Shown: positions 40,601-55,300, counted from the first letter of the stretch. The stretch is 64,000 nt of DNA from Azolla caroliniana (GCA_043228905.1 JBHGNT010000093.1:1-64000); one strand, 5' to 3'. Program-made: numbers and translations. The notes: generated by a model from the sequence alone, not told the origin.

Positions 40601-43600
40601 GTCATGTCTCTCGACCTGAGTTTCAAAATCTTGATTTTTTAATTCCATATCATAGTTAGCGTTGTTAGCTTCGAATCGCATGTTTGAACACAAAAATCCA
40701 ATATCACACTAGCAGGTATGAACATTTTAATTTACTCAAGGGCTCCTCTCAACTCCCTCCTCATGTTTCCTAATTTCGTCATGTCTCTCGACCTGAGTTT
40801 CAAAATCTTGATTTTTTAATTCCATATCATAACTAGCGTTGTTAGCTTTGATTCGCATGTTTGAACACAAAAATCCGATATCACACGAGGCAGGTATGAA
40901 CATTTTAATTTACTCAAGGGCTCTTCTCAACTCACTCCTCAAATTTGCTAATTTCGTCATGTCTCTCGACCTGAGTTTCAAAATCTTGATTTTTTAATTC
41001 CATATTATAGCTAGAGTTGTTAGCTTCGAATCGCATGTTTGAACACAAAAATCCGATATCACACGAGGCAGGTATGAACATTTTAATTTACTCAAGGGCT
41101 CCTCTCAACTCCCTCCTCATGTTTCCTAATTTCGTCATGTCTCTCGACCTGAGTTTCAAAATATTTATTTTTTAATTCTATATCATAGCTACCGTTGTTA
41201 GCTTCGATTCGCATGTTTGAACACAAAAATCCGATATCACACGAGCCAGGTATGAACATTTTAATTTACTCAAGGGCTCCTCTCAACTCCCTCCTCATGT
41301 TTGCTAATTTCGTCATGTCTCTCGACCTGAGTTTCAAAATCTTGATTTTTTAATTCCATATCATAGCTAGCGTTGTTAGCTTTGATTCGCATGTTTGAAC
41401 ACAAAAATCCGATATCACACGAGGCAGGTATGAACATTTTAATTTACTCAAGGGCTCTTCTCAACTCACTCCTCAAATTTGCTAATTTCGTCATGTCTCT
41501 CGACCTGAGTTTCAAAATCTTGATTTTTTAATTCCATATTATAGCTAGAGTTGTTAGCTTCGAATCGCATGTTTGAACACAAAAATCCGATATCACACGA
41601 GGCAGGTATGAACATTTTAATTTACTCAAGGGCTCCTCTCAACTCCCTCCTCATGTTTCCTATTTTCGTCATGTCTCTCGACCTGAGTTTCAAAATATTT
41701 ATTTTTTAATTCTATATCATAGCTACCGTTGTTAGCTTCGATTCGCATGTTTGAACACAAAAATCCGATATCACACGAGCCAGGTATGAACATTTTAATT
41801 TACTCAAGGGCTCCTCTCAACTCCCTCCTCATGTTTGCTAATTTCGTCATGTCTCTCGACCTGAGTTTCAAAATCTTGATTTTTTAATTCCATATCATAG
41901 CTAGCGTTGTTAGCTTCGATTCACATGTTTGAACACAAAAATCCGATATTACACGAGCCAGGTATGAACATTTTAATGTACTCAAGGGCTCCTCTCAACT
42001 CCGTCCTCATGTTTGCTAATTTCGTCATGTCTCTCGACCTGAGTTTCAAAATCTTGATTTTTTAATTCCATATCATAGTTAGCGTTGTTAGGTTCGATTC
42101 GCTTGGTTGAACGGAAAAATCCGATATCACACGAGCCAGGTATGAACATTTTCATTTACTCAAGGCTTCCTCTCAACTCCCTCCTCATGTTTGCTAATTT
42201 CGTCATGTCTCTCGACCTGAGTTTCAAAATCTTGATTTCTTAATTCCATATCATAGCTAGCGTTGTTAGCTTCGATTCGCATGTTTGAACACAAAAATCC
42301 GATATCACACGAGCCACGTATGAACATTTTAATTTACTCAAGGGCTCCTCTCAACTCCCTCCTCATGTTTCCTAATTTCGTCATGTCTCTCGACCTGAGT
42401 TTCAAAATTTGGATTTTTTAATTCTATATCATACCTAGCGTTGTTAGCTTCGAATCGCATGTTTGAACACAAAAATCCGATATGACACGAGCCAGGTATG
42501 AACATTTTCATTTATTCACAGGCTCCTCTCAACTCACTACTCACATTTGTTAGTTTCGTCATGTCTCTCGACCTGAGTTTCAAAATCTTGATTTTTTAAT
42601 TCCATATCATAGCTAGCGTTGTTAGCTTCGATTCGCATGTTTGAACACAAAAATCGGATATCACACGAGCCAGGTATGAACATTTTCATTTACTCAAGGC
42701 TTCCTCTCAACTCCCTCCTCAAGTTTGCTAATGTCGTCATGTCTCTCGACCTGAGTTTCAAAATCTTGATTTTTTAATTCCATATCATAGCTAGCGTTGT
42801 TAGCTTCGATTCGCATGTTTGAACACAAGAAGCCGATATCACAGGAGCCAGGTATGAACATTTTAATTTACTCACAGGCTCCTCTCAACTCACTACTCAC
42901 ATTTGTTAATTTCGTCATGTCTCTCGACCTGAGTTTCCAAATCTTGATTTTTTAATTCCATATCATAGCTACCGTTGTTAGCTTCGAATTGCATGTTTGA
43001 ACACAAAAATCCGATATCACACGAGCCAGATATGAACATTTTGATTTACTCACAGGCTCCTCTCAACTCACTACTCACATTTGTTAATTTCGTCATGTCT
43101 CTCGACCTGAGTTTCAAAATCTTGATTTTTTAATTCCATATTATAGCTAGAGTTGTTAGCTTCGAATCGCATGTTTGAACACAAAAATCCGATATCACAC
43201 GAGGCAGGTATGAACATTTTAATTTACTCAAGGGCTCCTCTCAACTCCCTCCTCATGTTTCCTAATTTCGTCATGTCTCTCGACCTGAGTTTCAAAATAT
43301 TTATTTTTTAATTCTATATCATAGCTACCGTTGTTAGCTTCAATTCGCATGTTTGAACACAAAAATCCGATATCACACGAGCCAGGTATGAACATTTTAA
43401 TTTACTCAAGGGCTCCTCTCAACTCCCTCCTCATGTTTGCTAATTTCGTCATGTCTCTCGACCTGAGTTTCAAAATCTTGATTTTTTAATTCCATATCAT
43501 AGCTAGCGTTGTTAGCTTCGATTCACATGTTTGAACACAAAAATCCGATATTACACGAGCCAGGTATGAACATTTTAATTTACTCAAGGGCTCCTCTCAA

Positions 43601-46280
43601 CTCCCTCCTCATGTTTGCTAATTTCGTCATGTCTCTCGACCTGAGTTTCAAAATCTTGATTTTTTAATTCCATATCATAGTTAGCGTTGTTAGCTTCGAA
43701 TCGCATGTTTGAACACAAAAATCCAATATCACACTAGCAGGTATGAACATTTTAATTTACTCAAGGGCTCCTCTCAACTCCCTCCTCATGTTTCCTAATT
43801 TCGTCATGTCTCTCGACCTGAGTTTCAAAATCTTGATTTTTTAATTCCATATCATAGCTAGCGTTGTTAGCTTTGATTCGCATGTTTGAACACAAAAATC
43901 CGATATCACACGAGGCAGGTATGAACATTTTAATTTACTCAAGGGCTCTTCTCAACTCACTCCTCAAATTTGCTAATTTCGTCATGTCTCTCGACCTGAG
44001 TTTCAAAATCTTGATTTTTTAATTCCATATTATAGCTAGAGTTGTTAGCTTCGAATCGCATGTTTGAACACAAAAATCCGATATCACACGAGGCAGGTAT
44101 GAACATTTTAATTTACTCAAGGGCTCCTCTCAACTCCCTCCTCATGTTTCCTAATTTCGTCATGTCTCTCGACCTGAGTTTCAAAATATTTATTTTTTAA
44201 TTCTATATCATAGCTACCGTTGTTAGCTTCGATTCGCATGTTTGAACACAAAAATCCGATATCACACGAGCCAGGTATGAACATTTTAATTTACTCAAGG
44301 GCTCCTCTCAACTCCCTCCTCATGTTTGCTAATTTCGTCATGTCTCTCGACCTGAGTTTCAAAATCTTGATTTTTTAATTCCATATCATAGCTAGCGTTG
44401 TTAGCTTCGATTCACATGTTTGAACACAAAAATCCGATATTACACGAGCCAGGTATGAACATTTTAATTTACTCAAGGGCTCCTCTCAACTCCGTCCTCA
44501 TGTTTGCTAATTTCGTCATGTCTCTCGACCTGAGTTTCAAAATCTTGATTTTTTAATTCCATATCATAGCTAGCGTTGTTAGGTTCGATTCGCTTGGTTG
44601 AACGGAAAAATCCGATATCACACGAGCCAGGTATGAACATTTTCATTTACTCAAGGCTTCCTCTCAACTCCCTCCTCATGTTTGCTAATTTCGTCATGTC
44701 TCTCGACCTGAGTTTCAAAATCTTGATTTCTTAATTCCATATCATAGCTAGCGTTGTTAGCTTCGATTCGCATGTTTGAACACAAAAATCCGATATCACA
44801 CGAGCCACGTATGAACATTTTAATTTACTCAAGGGCTCCTCTCAACTCCCTCCTCATGTTTCCTAATTTCGTCATGTCTCTCGACCTGAGTTTCAAAATT
44901 TGGATTTTTTAATTCTATATCATACCTAGCGTTGTTAGCTTCGAATCGCATGTTTGAACACAAAAATCCGATATGACACGAGCCAGGTATGAACATTTTC
45001 ATTTATTCACAGGCTCCTCTCAACTCACTACTCACATTTGTTAATTTCGTCATGTCTCTCGACCTGAGTTTCAAAATCTTGATTTTTTAATTCCATATCA
45101 TAGCTAGCGTTGTTAGCTTCGATTCGCATGTTTGAACACAAAAATCGGATATCACACGAGCCAGGTATGAACATTTTCATTTACTCAAGGCTTCCTCTCA
45201 ACTCCCTCCTCAAGTTTGCTAATGTCGTCATGTCTCTCGACCTGAGTTTCAAAATCTTGATTTTTTAATTCCATATCATAGCTAGCGTTGTTAGCTTCGA
45301 TTCGCATGTTTGAACACAAGAAGCCGATATCACAGGAGCCACGTATGAACATTTTAATTTACTCAAGGGCTCCTCTCAACTCCCTCCTCATGTTTGCTAA
45401 TTTCGCCATGTCTGTCGACTTGAGTTTCAAAATCTTGATTTTTTAATTCCATATTATAGCTAGCGTTGTTAGCTTCGAATCGCATATTTGAACACAAAAA
45501 TCCGATATCACACGAGGCAGGTATGAACATTTTAATTTACTCAAGGGCTCTTCTTAACTCACTCCTCAAATTTGCTAATTTCGTCATGTCTCTCGACCTG
45601 AGTTTCAAAATCTTGATTTTTTAATTCCATATCATAGCTAGCGTTGTTAGGTTCGATTCGCTTGGTTGAACGGAAAAATCCGATATCACACGAGCCAGGT
45701 ATGAACATTTTCATTTACTCAAGGCTTCCTCTCAACTCCCTCCTCATGTTTGCTAATTTCGTCATGTCTCTCGACCTGAGTTTAAAAATCTTGAATTTTT
45801 AATTCCATATCATAGCTAGCGTTGTTAGCTTCGATTCGCATGTTTGAACACAAAAATCCGATATCACACGAGCCACGTATGAACATTTTAATTTACTCAA
45901 GGGCTCCTCTCAACTCCCTCCTCATGTTTCCTAATTTCGTCATGTCTCTCGACCTGAGTTTCAAAATTTGGATTTTTTAATTCTATATCATACCTAGCGT
46001 TGTTAGCTTCGAATCGCATGTTTGAACACAAAAATCCGATATCACACGAGCCAGGTATGAACATTTTCATTTATTCACAGGCTCCTCTCAACTCACTACT
46101 CACATTTGTTAATTTCGTCATGTCTCTCGACTTGAGTTTCAAAATCTTGATTTTTTAATTCCATATCATAGCTAGCGTTGTTAGCTTCGATTCGCATGTT
46201 TCAACACAAAAATCGGATATCACACGAGCCAGGTATGAACATTTTCATTTACTCAAGGCTTCCTCTCAACCCCCTCCTCA
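33660..46280 (+). repeat. Block duplication of about 5 kb at a 43-monomer offset (7651 bp): about 33660-38630 matches about 41310-46280
   Basis: Markers at +7651: TTTGATTCG 33730/41381, GCCGATATC 35181/42832 and 37672/45323, GAGCCAGATA 35372/43023. 43x178-3 = 7651. Confidence 0.9.
37700..40920 (+). repeat. 9-monomer tandem duplication, period 1601 bp
   Basis: CGGATATAACAC at 38563/40164, with the flanking monomer order repeated. Confidence 0.87.
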
Positions 46281-46990
46281 TGTTTGCTAATTTCGTCATG
46301 TCTCTCGACCTGAGTTTCAAAATCTTGATTTTTTAATTCCATATCATAGCTAGCGTTGTTAGGTTCGATTCGCTTGGTTGAACGGAAAAATCCGATATCA
46401 CACGAGCCAGGTATGAACATTTTCATTTACTCAAGGCTTCCTCTCAACTCCCTCCTCATGTTTGCTAATTTCGTCATGTCTCTCGACCTGAGTTTAAAAA
46501 TCTTGAATTTTTAATTCCATATCATAGCTAGCGTTGTTAGCTTCGATTCGCATGTTTGAACACAAAAATCCGATATCACACGAGCCACGTATGAACATTT
46601 TAATTTACTCAAGGGCTCCTCTCAACTCCCTCCTCATGTTTCCTAATTTCGTCATGTCTCTCGACCTGAGTTTCAAAATTTGGATTTTTTAATTCTATAT
46701 CATACCTAGCGTTGTTAGCTTCGAATCGCATGTTTGAACACAAAAATCCGATATCACACGAGCCAGGTATGAACATTTTCATTTATTCACAGGCTCCTCT
46801 CAACTCACTACTCACATTTGTTAATTTCGTCATGTCTCTCGACTTGAGTTTCAAAATCTTGATTTTTTAATTCCATATCATAGCTAGCGTTGTTAGCTTC
46901 GATTCGCATGTTTCAACACAAAAATCGGATATCACACGAGCCAGGTATGAACATTTTCATTTACTCAAGGCTTCCTCTCAACCCCCTCCT
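45570..46990 (+). repeat. 4-monomer tandem duplication, period 712 bp
   Basis: TTTAAAAATCTTGAATTTTT at 45781/46493. Confidence 0.87.
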
Positions 46991-47959
46991 CATGTTTGCT
47001 AATGTCGTCATGTCTCTCGACCTGAGTTTCAAAATCTTGATTTTTTAATTCCATATCATAGCTAGCGTTGTTAGCTTCGAATCGCATGTTTGAACACAAA
47101 AATCCGATATCACACGAGCCAGGTATGAACATTTTAATTTACTCAAGGGCTCCTCTCAACTCCCTCCTCATGTTTGCTAATTTCGTCATGTCTCTCGACC
47201 TGAGTTTCAAAATCTTGATTTTTTAATTCCATATCATAGCTAGCGTTGTTAGCTTCGATTCGCATGTTTCAACACAAAAATCGGATATCACACGAGCCAG
47301 GTATGAACATTTTCATTTACTCAAGGCTTCCTCTCAACCCCCTCCTCATGTTTGCTAATGTCGTCATGTCTCTCGACCTGAGTTTCAAAATCTTGATTTT
47401 TTAATTCCATATCATAGCTAGCGTTGTTAGCTTCGATTCGCATGTTTGAACACAAAAATCCGATATCACACGAGCCAGGTATGAACATTTTAATTTACTC
47501 AAGGGCTCCTCTCAACTCCCTCCTCATGTTTCCTAATTTCGTCATGTCTCTCGACCTGAGTTTCAAAATTTGGATTTTTTAATTCTATATCATACCTAGC
47601 GTTGTTAGCTTCGAATCGCATGTTTGAACACAAAAATCCGATATCACACGAGCCAGGTATGAACATTTTCATTTACTCACAGGCTCCTCTCAACTCACTA
47701 CTCACATTTGTTAATTTCGTCATGTCTCTCGACCTGAGTTTCAAAATCTTGATTTTTTAATTCCATATCATAGCTAGCGTTGTTAGCTTCGAATTGCATG
47801 TTTGAACACAAAAATCCGATATTACACGAGCCAGGTATGAACATTTTAATTTACTCAAGGGCTCCTCGTAACTCCCTCCTCATATTTGCTACTTTCGTCA
47901 TGTCTCTCGACCTGAGTTTCAAAATCTTGATTTTTTAATTCGATATCATAGCTAGCGTT

Positions 47960-49030
47960 GTTAGCTTCGATTCGCATGTTTGAACACAAAAATCCGATAT
48001 CACACGAGCCTGGTATGAACATTTTAATTTACTCAAGGGCTCCTCTCAACTCCCTCCTCAAATTTGGTAATTTCATCATGTCTCTTGACCTGAGTTTCAA
48101 AATCTTGATTTTTTAATTCCATATCATAGCTAGCGTTGTTAGCTTCGAATCGCATGTTTGAACACAAAAATCCGATATCACACGAGCCAGGTATGAACAT
48201 TTTAATTTACTCACAGGCTCCTCTCAACTCACTACTCACATTTGTTAATTTCGTCATGTCTCTCGACCTGAGTTTCCAAATCTTGATTTTTTAATTCCAT
48301 ATCATAGCTACCGTTGTTAGCTTCGAATTGCATGTTTGAACACAAAAATCCGATATCACACGAGCCAGATATGAACATTTTCATTTACTCACAGGCTCCT
48401 CTCAACTCACTACTCACATTTGTTAATTTCGTCATGTCTCTCGACCTGAGTTTCAAAATCTTGATTTTTTAATTCCATATTATAGCTAGGGTTGTTAGCT
48501 TCGATTCGCATGTTTGAACACAAAAATCCGATATCACACGAGCCTGGTATGAACATTTTAATTTACTCAAGGGCTCCTCTCAACTCCCTCCTCAAATTTG
48601 GTAATTTCATCATGTCTCTGGACCTGAGTTTCAAAATCTTGATTTTTTAATTCCATATCATAGCTAGCGTTGTTAGCTTCGAATCGCATGTTTGAACACA
48701 AAAATCCGATATCACACGAGCCAGGTATGAACATTTTAATTTACTCACAGGCTCCTCTCAACTCACTACTCACATTTGTTAATTTCGTCATGTCTCTCGA
48801 CCTGAGTTTCCAAATCTTGATTTTTTAATTCCATATCATAGCTACCGTTGTTAGCTTCGAATTGCATGTTTGAACACAAAAATCCGATATCACACGAGCC
48901 AGATATGAACATTTTCATTTACTCACAGGCTCCTCTCAACTCACTACTCACATTTGTTAATTTCGTCATGTCTCTCGACCTGAGTTTCAAAATCTTGATT
49001 TTTTAATTCCATATTATAGCTAGGGTTGTT
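47960..49030 (+). repeat. 3-monomer tandem duplication, period 534 bp
   Basis: GAGCCAGATA at 48362/48896. GAGCCTGG and private GCTAGGGTTG each occur twice. Confidence 0.87.
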
Positions 49031-52000
49031 AGCTTCGAATCGCATGTTTGAACACAAAAATCCGATATCACACGAGGCAGGTATGAACATTTTAATTTAC
49101 TCAAGGGCTCCTCTCAACTCCCTCCTCATGTTTCCTAATTTCGTCATGTCTCTCGACCTGAGTTTCAAAATATTTATTTTTTAATTCTATATCATAGCTA
49201 CCGTTGTTAGCTTCGATTCGCATGTTTGAACACAAAAATCCGATATCACACGAGCCAGGTATGAACATTTTAATTTACTCAAGGGCTCCTCTCAACTCCC
49301 TCCTCATGTTTGCTAATTTCGTCATGTCTCTCGACCTGAGTTTCAAAATCTTGATTTTTTAATTCCATATCATAGCTAGCGTTGTTAGCTTCGATTCACA
49401 TGTTTGAACACAAAAATCCGATATTACACGAGCCAGGTATGAACATTTTAATTTACTCAAGGGCTCCTCTCAACTCCCTCCTCATGTTTGCTAATTTCGT
49501 CATGTCTCTCGACCTGAGTTTCAAAATCTTGATTTTTTAATTCCATGTCATAGTTAGCGTTGTTAGCTTCGAATCGCATGTTTGAACACAAAAATCCAAT
49601 ATCACACTAGCAGGTATGAACATTTTAATTTACTCAAGGGCTCCTCTCAACTCCCTCCTCATGTTTCCTAATTTCGTCATGTCTCTCGACCTGAGTTTCA
49701 AAATCTTGATTTTTTAATTCCATATCATAGCTAGCGTTGTTAGCTTTGATTCGCATGTTTGAACACAAAAATCCGATATCACACGAAGCAGGTATGAACA
49801 TTTTAATTTACTCAAGGGCTCTTCTCAACTCACTCCTCAAATTTGCTAATTTCGTCATGTCTCTCGACCTGAGTTTCAAAATCTTGATTTTTTAATTCCA
49901 TATTATAGCTAGAGTTGTTAGCTTCGAATCGCATGTTTGAACACAAAAATCCGATATCACACGAGGCAGGTATGAACATTTTAATTTACTCAAGGGCTCC
50001 TCTCAACTCCCTCCTCATGTTTCCTAATTTCGTCATGTCTCTCGACCTGAGTTTCAAAATATTGATTTTTTAATTCTATATCATAGCTACCGTTGTTAGC
50101 TTCGATTCGCATGTTTGAACACAAAAATCCGATATCACACGAGCCAGGTATGAACATTTTAATTTACTCAAGGGCTCCTCTCAACTCCCTCCTCATGTTT
50201 GCTAATTTCGTCATGTCTCTCGACCTGAGTTTCAAAATCTTGATTTTTTAATTCCATATCATAGCTAGCGTTGTTAGCTTCGATTCACATGTTTGAACAC
50301 AAAAATCCGATATTACACGAGCCAGGTATGAACATTTTAATTTACTCAAGGGCTCCTCTCAACTCCGTCCTCATGTTTGCTAATTTCGTCATGTCTCTCG
50401 ACCTGAGTTTCAAAATCTTGATTTTTTAATTCCATATCATAGCTAGCGTTGTTAGGTTCGATTCGCTTGGTTGAACGGAAAAATCCGATATCACACGAGC
50501 CAGGTATGAACATTTTCATTTACTCAAGGCTTCCTCTCAACTCCCTCCTCATGTTTGCTAATTTCGTCATGTCTCTCGACCTGAGTTTCAAAATCTTGAT
50601 TTCTTAATTCCATATCATAGCTAGCGTTGTTAGCTTCGATTCGCATGTTTGAACACAAAAATCCGATATCACACGAGCCACGTATGAACATTTTAATTTA
50701 CTCAAGGGCTCCTCTCAACTCCCTCCTCATGTTTCCTAATTTCGTCATGTCTCTCGACCTGAGTTTCAAAATTTGGATTTTTTAATTCTATATCATACCT
50801 AGCGTTGTTAGCTTCGAATCGCATGTTTGAACACAAAAATCCGATATCACACGAGCCAGGTATGAACATTTTCATTTATTCACAGGCTCCTCTCAACTCA
50901 CTACTCACATTTGTTAATTTCGTCATGTCTCTCGACCTGAGTTTCAAAATCTTGATTTTTTAATTCCATATCATAGCTAGCGTTGTTAGCTTCGATTCGC
51001 ATGTTTGAACACAAAAATCGGATATCACACGAGCCAGGTATGAACATTTTCATTTACTCAAGGCTTCCTCTCAACTCCCTCCTCAATTTTGGTAATGTCG
51101 TCATGTCTCTCGACCTGAGTTTCAAAATCTTGATTTTTTAATTCCATATCATAGCTAGCGTTGTTAGCTTCGATTCGCATGTTTGAACACAAAAATCCGA
51201 TATCACACGAGGCAGGTATGAACATTTTAATTTACTCAAGGGCTCTTCTCAACTCACTCCTCAAATTTGCTAATTTCGTCATGTCTCTCGACCTGAGTTT
51301 CAAAATCTTGATTTTTTAATTCCATATCATAGCTAGCGTTGTTAGGTTCGATTCGCTTCGTTGAACGGAAAAATCCGATATCACACGAGCCAGGTATGAA
51401 CATTTTCATTTACTCAAGGCTTCCTCTCAACTCCCTCCTCATGTTTGCTAATTTCGTCATGTCTCTCGACCTGAGTTTAAAAATCTTGATTTTTTAATTC
51501 CATATCATAGCTAGCGTTGTTAGCTTCGATTCGCATGTTTGAACACAAAAATCGGATATCACCCGAGCCAGGTATGAACATTTTGATTCACTCAAGGGCT
51601 CCTCTCAACTCCATCCTCATGTTTGCTAATTTCGTCATGTCTCTTGACCTGAGTTTCAAAATCTTGATTTTTTAATTCCATATTATACCTACCGTTGTTA
51701 GCTTCGATTCGCATGTTTGAACACAAAAATCCGATATCACACGAGCCAGGTATGAACATTTTCATTTACTCAAGGGCTCCTCTCAACTCACTCCTCATGT
51801 TTGCTAATTTCGTCATGTCTCTCGACCTGAGTTTCAAAATCTTGATTTTTTAATTCCATATAATAGCTAGCGTTGTTAGCTTCGAATCGCATGTTTGAAC
51901 ACAAAAGTCCGATATCACACGACCCAGGTATGAACATTTTCATTTACTCAAGGGCTCCTCTCAACTCACTACTCATGTTTGCTAATTTCGTCATGTCTCT

Positions 52001-52303
52001 CGACCTGAGTTTCAAAATCTTGATTTTTTAATTCCATATCATAGCTAGCGTTGTTAGGTTCGTTTCGCATGTTTGAACACAAAAATCCGATATCACACGA
52101 ACCAGGTATGAACATTGAAATTTACTCACGGGCTCCTCTCAAATCACTAGTCATGTTTGCTACTTTCGTCATGTCTCTCGACCTGAGTTTCAAAATCTTG
52201 ATTTCTTAATTCCATATCATAACTAGCGTTGTTAGCTTCGAATCGCATGTTTGAACACAGAAATCCGATATCACACGCGCCAGGTATGAACATTTTCATT
52301 TAC

Positions 52304-52335
52304 CTGTTCGCTTCGTTTCGCATGTTTTCATTTAC
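52304..52335 (+). repeat. 32-bp satellite-derived insert CTGTTCGCTTCGTTTCGCATGTTTTCATTTAC (first of 8 copies: 52304, 54109, 55209, 55419, 55807, 58324, 60492, 61948)
   Basis: Direct comparison with the normal junction CATTTTCATTTAC|TCAAGGG. All eight copies read identically and follow the CACGCGCC variant. Confidence 0.95.
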
Positions 52336-55300
52336 TCAAGGGCTCCTCTCAACTCACTACTCAAATTCGGTAATTTCGTCATGTCTCTCGACCTGAGTTT
52401 CAAAATCTTCATTTTTTAATTCCATATCATAGCTAGCGTTGTTAACTTCGTTTCGCATGTTTGAACACAAAAATCCGATATCACACGAGCCAGGTATGAA
52501 CATTTTCATTTACCTACTAGCTCTTCTCAACTCACTCCTCAAATTTGGTAATTTCGTCATGTCTCTCGACCTGAGTTTCGAAATCTTGATTTTTTTATTC
52601 TATATCATAGCTATCTTTGTTTGCTTCGATTCGCATGTTTGAACACAAAAATCCGATATAACAGGTAGGAACATTTTCATTTCCGAACGGGCTCTTCTCC
52701 ACTCCCTCCTCTAATTTGCTAATTTATTCATGTCTCTCGACCTGAGTTTCAAAATCTTGATTTTTTAATTCCATATTATAGCTAGCTTTGTTAGCTTCGA
52801 TTCGCATGTTTGAACACAAAAATCCGATATCACACGAGCCAGGCATGAACATTTTAATTTACTCACGCGCTCTTCTCCACTCCCTCCTCTAATTTGCTAA
52901 TTTTTTCATGTCACTCGACCTGAGTTTCAAAATCTTGATTTTTTAATTCCATATCATCGCTAGCGATGTTAGCTTCGATTCGCATGTTTGAACACAAATA
53001 TCCGACATCACACGAGCCAGGTATGAACATTTTAATTTACTCAAGGGCTCCTCTCAATTCACTCCTCAAATTTGGTAATTTCATCATGTCTCTCGATCTG
53101 AGTTTCAAAATCTTGATTTTTTAATTCCATATCATAGCTAGCGTTGTTAGCTTCGATTCGCATGTTTGAACACAAAAATCCGATATCACCCGAGCCAGGT
53201 ATGAACATTTTGATTCACTCAAGGGCTCCTCTCAACTCCATCCTCATGTTTGCTAATTTCGTCATGTCTCTTGACCTGAGTTTCAAAATCTTGATTTTTT
53301 AATTCCATATTATAGCTAACGTTGTTAGCTTCGATTCACATGTTTGAACACAAAAATCCGATATCACACGAGCCAGGTATGAACATTTTCATTTACTTAA
53401 GGGCTCCTCTCAACTCACTACTCATGTTTGCTAGTTTCGTCATGTCTCTCGACCTGAGTTTCAAAATCTTGATTTTTTAATTCCATATTATAGCTACCGT
53501 TGTTAGCTTCGATCCGCATGTTTGAACACAAAAATCCGATATTACACGAGCCAGGTATGAACATTTTCATTTACTCAAGGGCTCCTCTCAACTCACTCCT
53601 CATGTTTGCTAATTTCGTCATGTCTCTCGACCTGAGTTTCAAAATCTTGATTTTTTAATTCCATATCATAGCTAGTGTTGTTAGCTTCGAATCGCATGTT
53701 TGAACACAAAAGTCCGATATCACACGAGCCAGGTATGAACATTTTCATTTACTCAAGGGCTCCTCTCAACTCACTACTCATGTTTGCTAATTTCGTCATG
53801 TCTCTCGACCTGAGTTTCTAAATCTTGATTTTTTAATTCCATATCATAGCTAGTGTTGTTAGGTTCGTTCCGCATGTTTGAACACAAAAATCCGATATCA
53901 CACGAGCCAGGTATGAACATTTAAATTTACTGACGGGCTCCTCTCAACTCACTACTCATGTTTGCTAGTTTCGTCATGTCTCTCGACCTGAGTTTCAAAA
54001 TCTTGATTTCTTAATTCCATATCATAACTAGCGTTGTTAGCTTCGAATCGCATGTTTGAACACAAAAATCCGATATCACACGCGCCAGGTATGAACATTT
54101 TCATTTACCTGTTCGCTTCGTTTCGCATGTTTTCATTTACTCAAGGGCTCCTCTCAACTCACTACTCAAATTCGGTAATTTCGTCATGTCTCTCGACCTG
54201 AGTTTCAAAATCTTCATTTTTTAATTCCATATCATAGCTAGCGTTGTTAACTTCGTTTCGCATGTTTGAACACAAAAATCCGATATCACACGAGCCAGGT
54301 ATGAACATTTTCATTTACCTACTAGCTCTTCTCAACTCACTCCTCAAATTTGGTAATTTCGTCATGTCTCTCGACCTGAGTTTCGAAATCTTGATTTTTT
54401 AATTCTATATCATAGCTATCTTTGTTTGCTTCGATTCGCATGTTTGAACACAAAAATCCGATATCACACGAGCCAGGTAGGAACATTTTCATTTCCGAAC
54501 GGGCTCTTCTCCACTCCCTCCTCTAATTTGCTAATTTATTCATGTCTCTCGACCTGAGTTTCAAAATCTTGATTTTCTAATTCCATATTATAGCTAGCTT
54601 TGTTAGCTTCGTTTCGCATGTTTGAACACAAAAATCCGATATCACACGAGCCAGGTAGGAACATTTTCATTTCCGAACGGGCTCTTCTCCACTCCCTCCT
54701 CTAATTTGCTAATTTATTCATGTCTCTCGACCTGAGTTTCAAAATCTTGATTTTTTAATTCCATATTATAGCTAGCTTTGTTAGCTTCGATTCGCATGTT
54801 TGAACACAAAAATCCGATATCACACGAGCCAGGCATGAACATTTTAATTTACTCACGGGCTCTTCTCCACTCCCTCCTCAAATTTGGTAATTTCGTCATG
54901 TCTCTCGACCTGAGTTTCAAAATCTTGATTTTTTAATTCCATATTATAGCTACCGTTGTTAGCTTCGATCCGCATGTTTGAACACAAAAATCCGATATTA
55001 CACGAGCCAGGTATGAACATTTTCATTTACTCAAGGGCTCCTCTCAACTCACTCCTCATGTTTGCTAATTTCGTCATGTCTCTCGACCTGAGTTTCGAAA
55101 TCTTGATTTTTTAATTCCATATCATAGCTAGCGTTGTTAGCTTCGAATCGCATGTTTGAACACAAAAATCCGATATCACACGCGCCAGGTATGAACATTT
55201 TCATTTACCTGTTCGCTTCGTTTCGCATGTTTTCATTTACTCAAGGGCTCCTCTCAACTCACTACTCAAATTCGGTAATTTCGTCATGTCTCTCGACCTG

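Noticed and set aside
52439-52642. 67-aa plus-strand hydrophobic ORF
   Set aside because: It lies wholly in diverged monomers, and its hydrophobicity follows from the T-rich strand.
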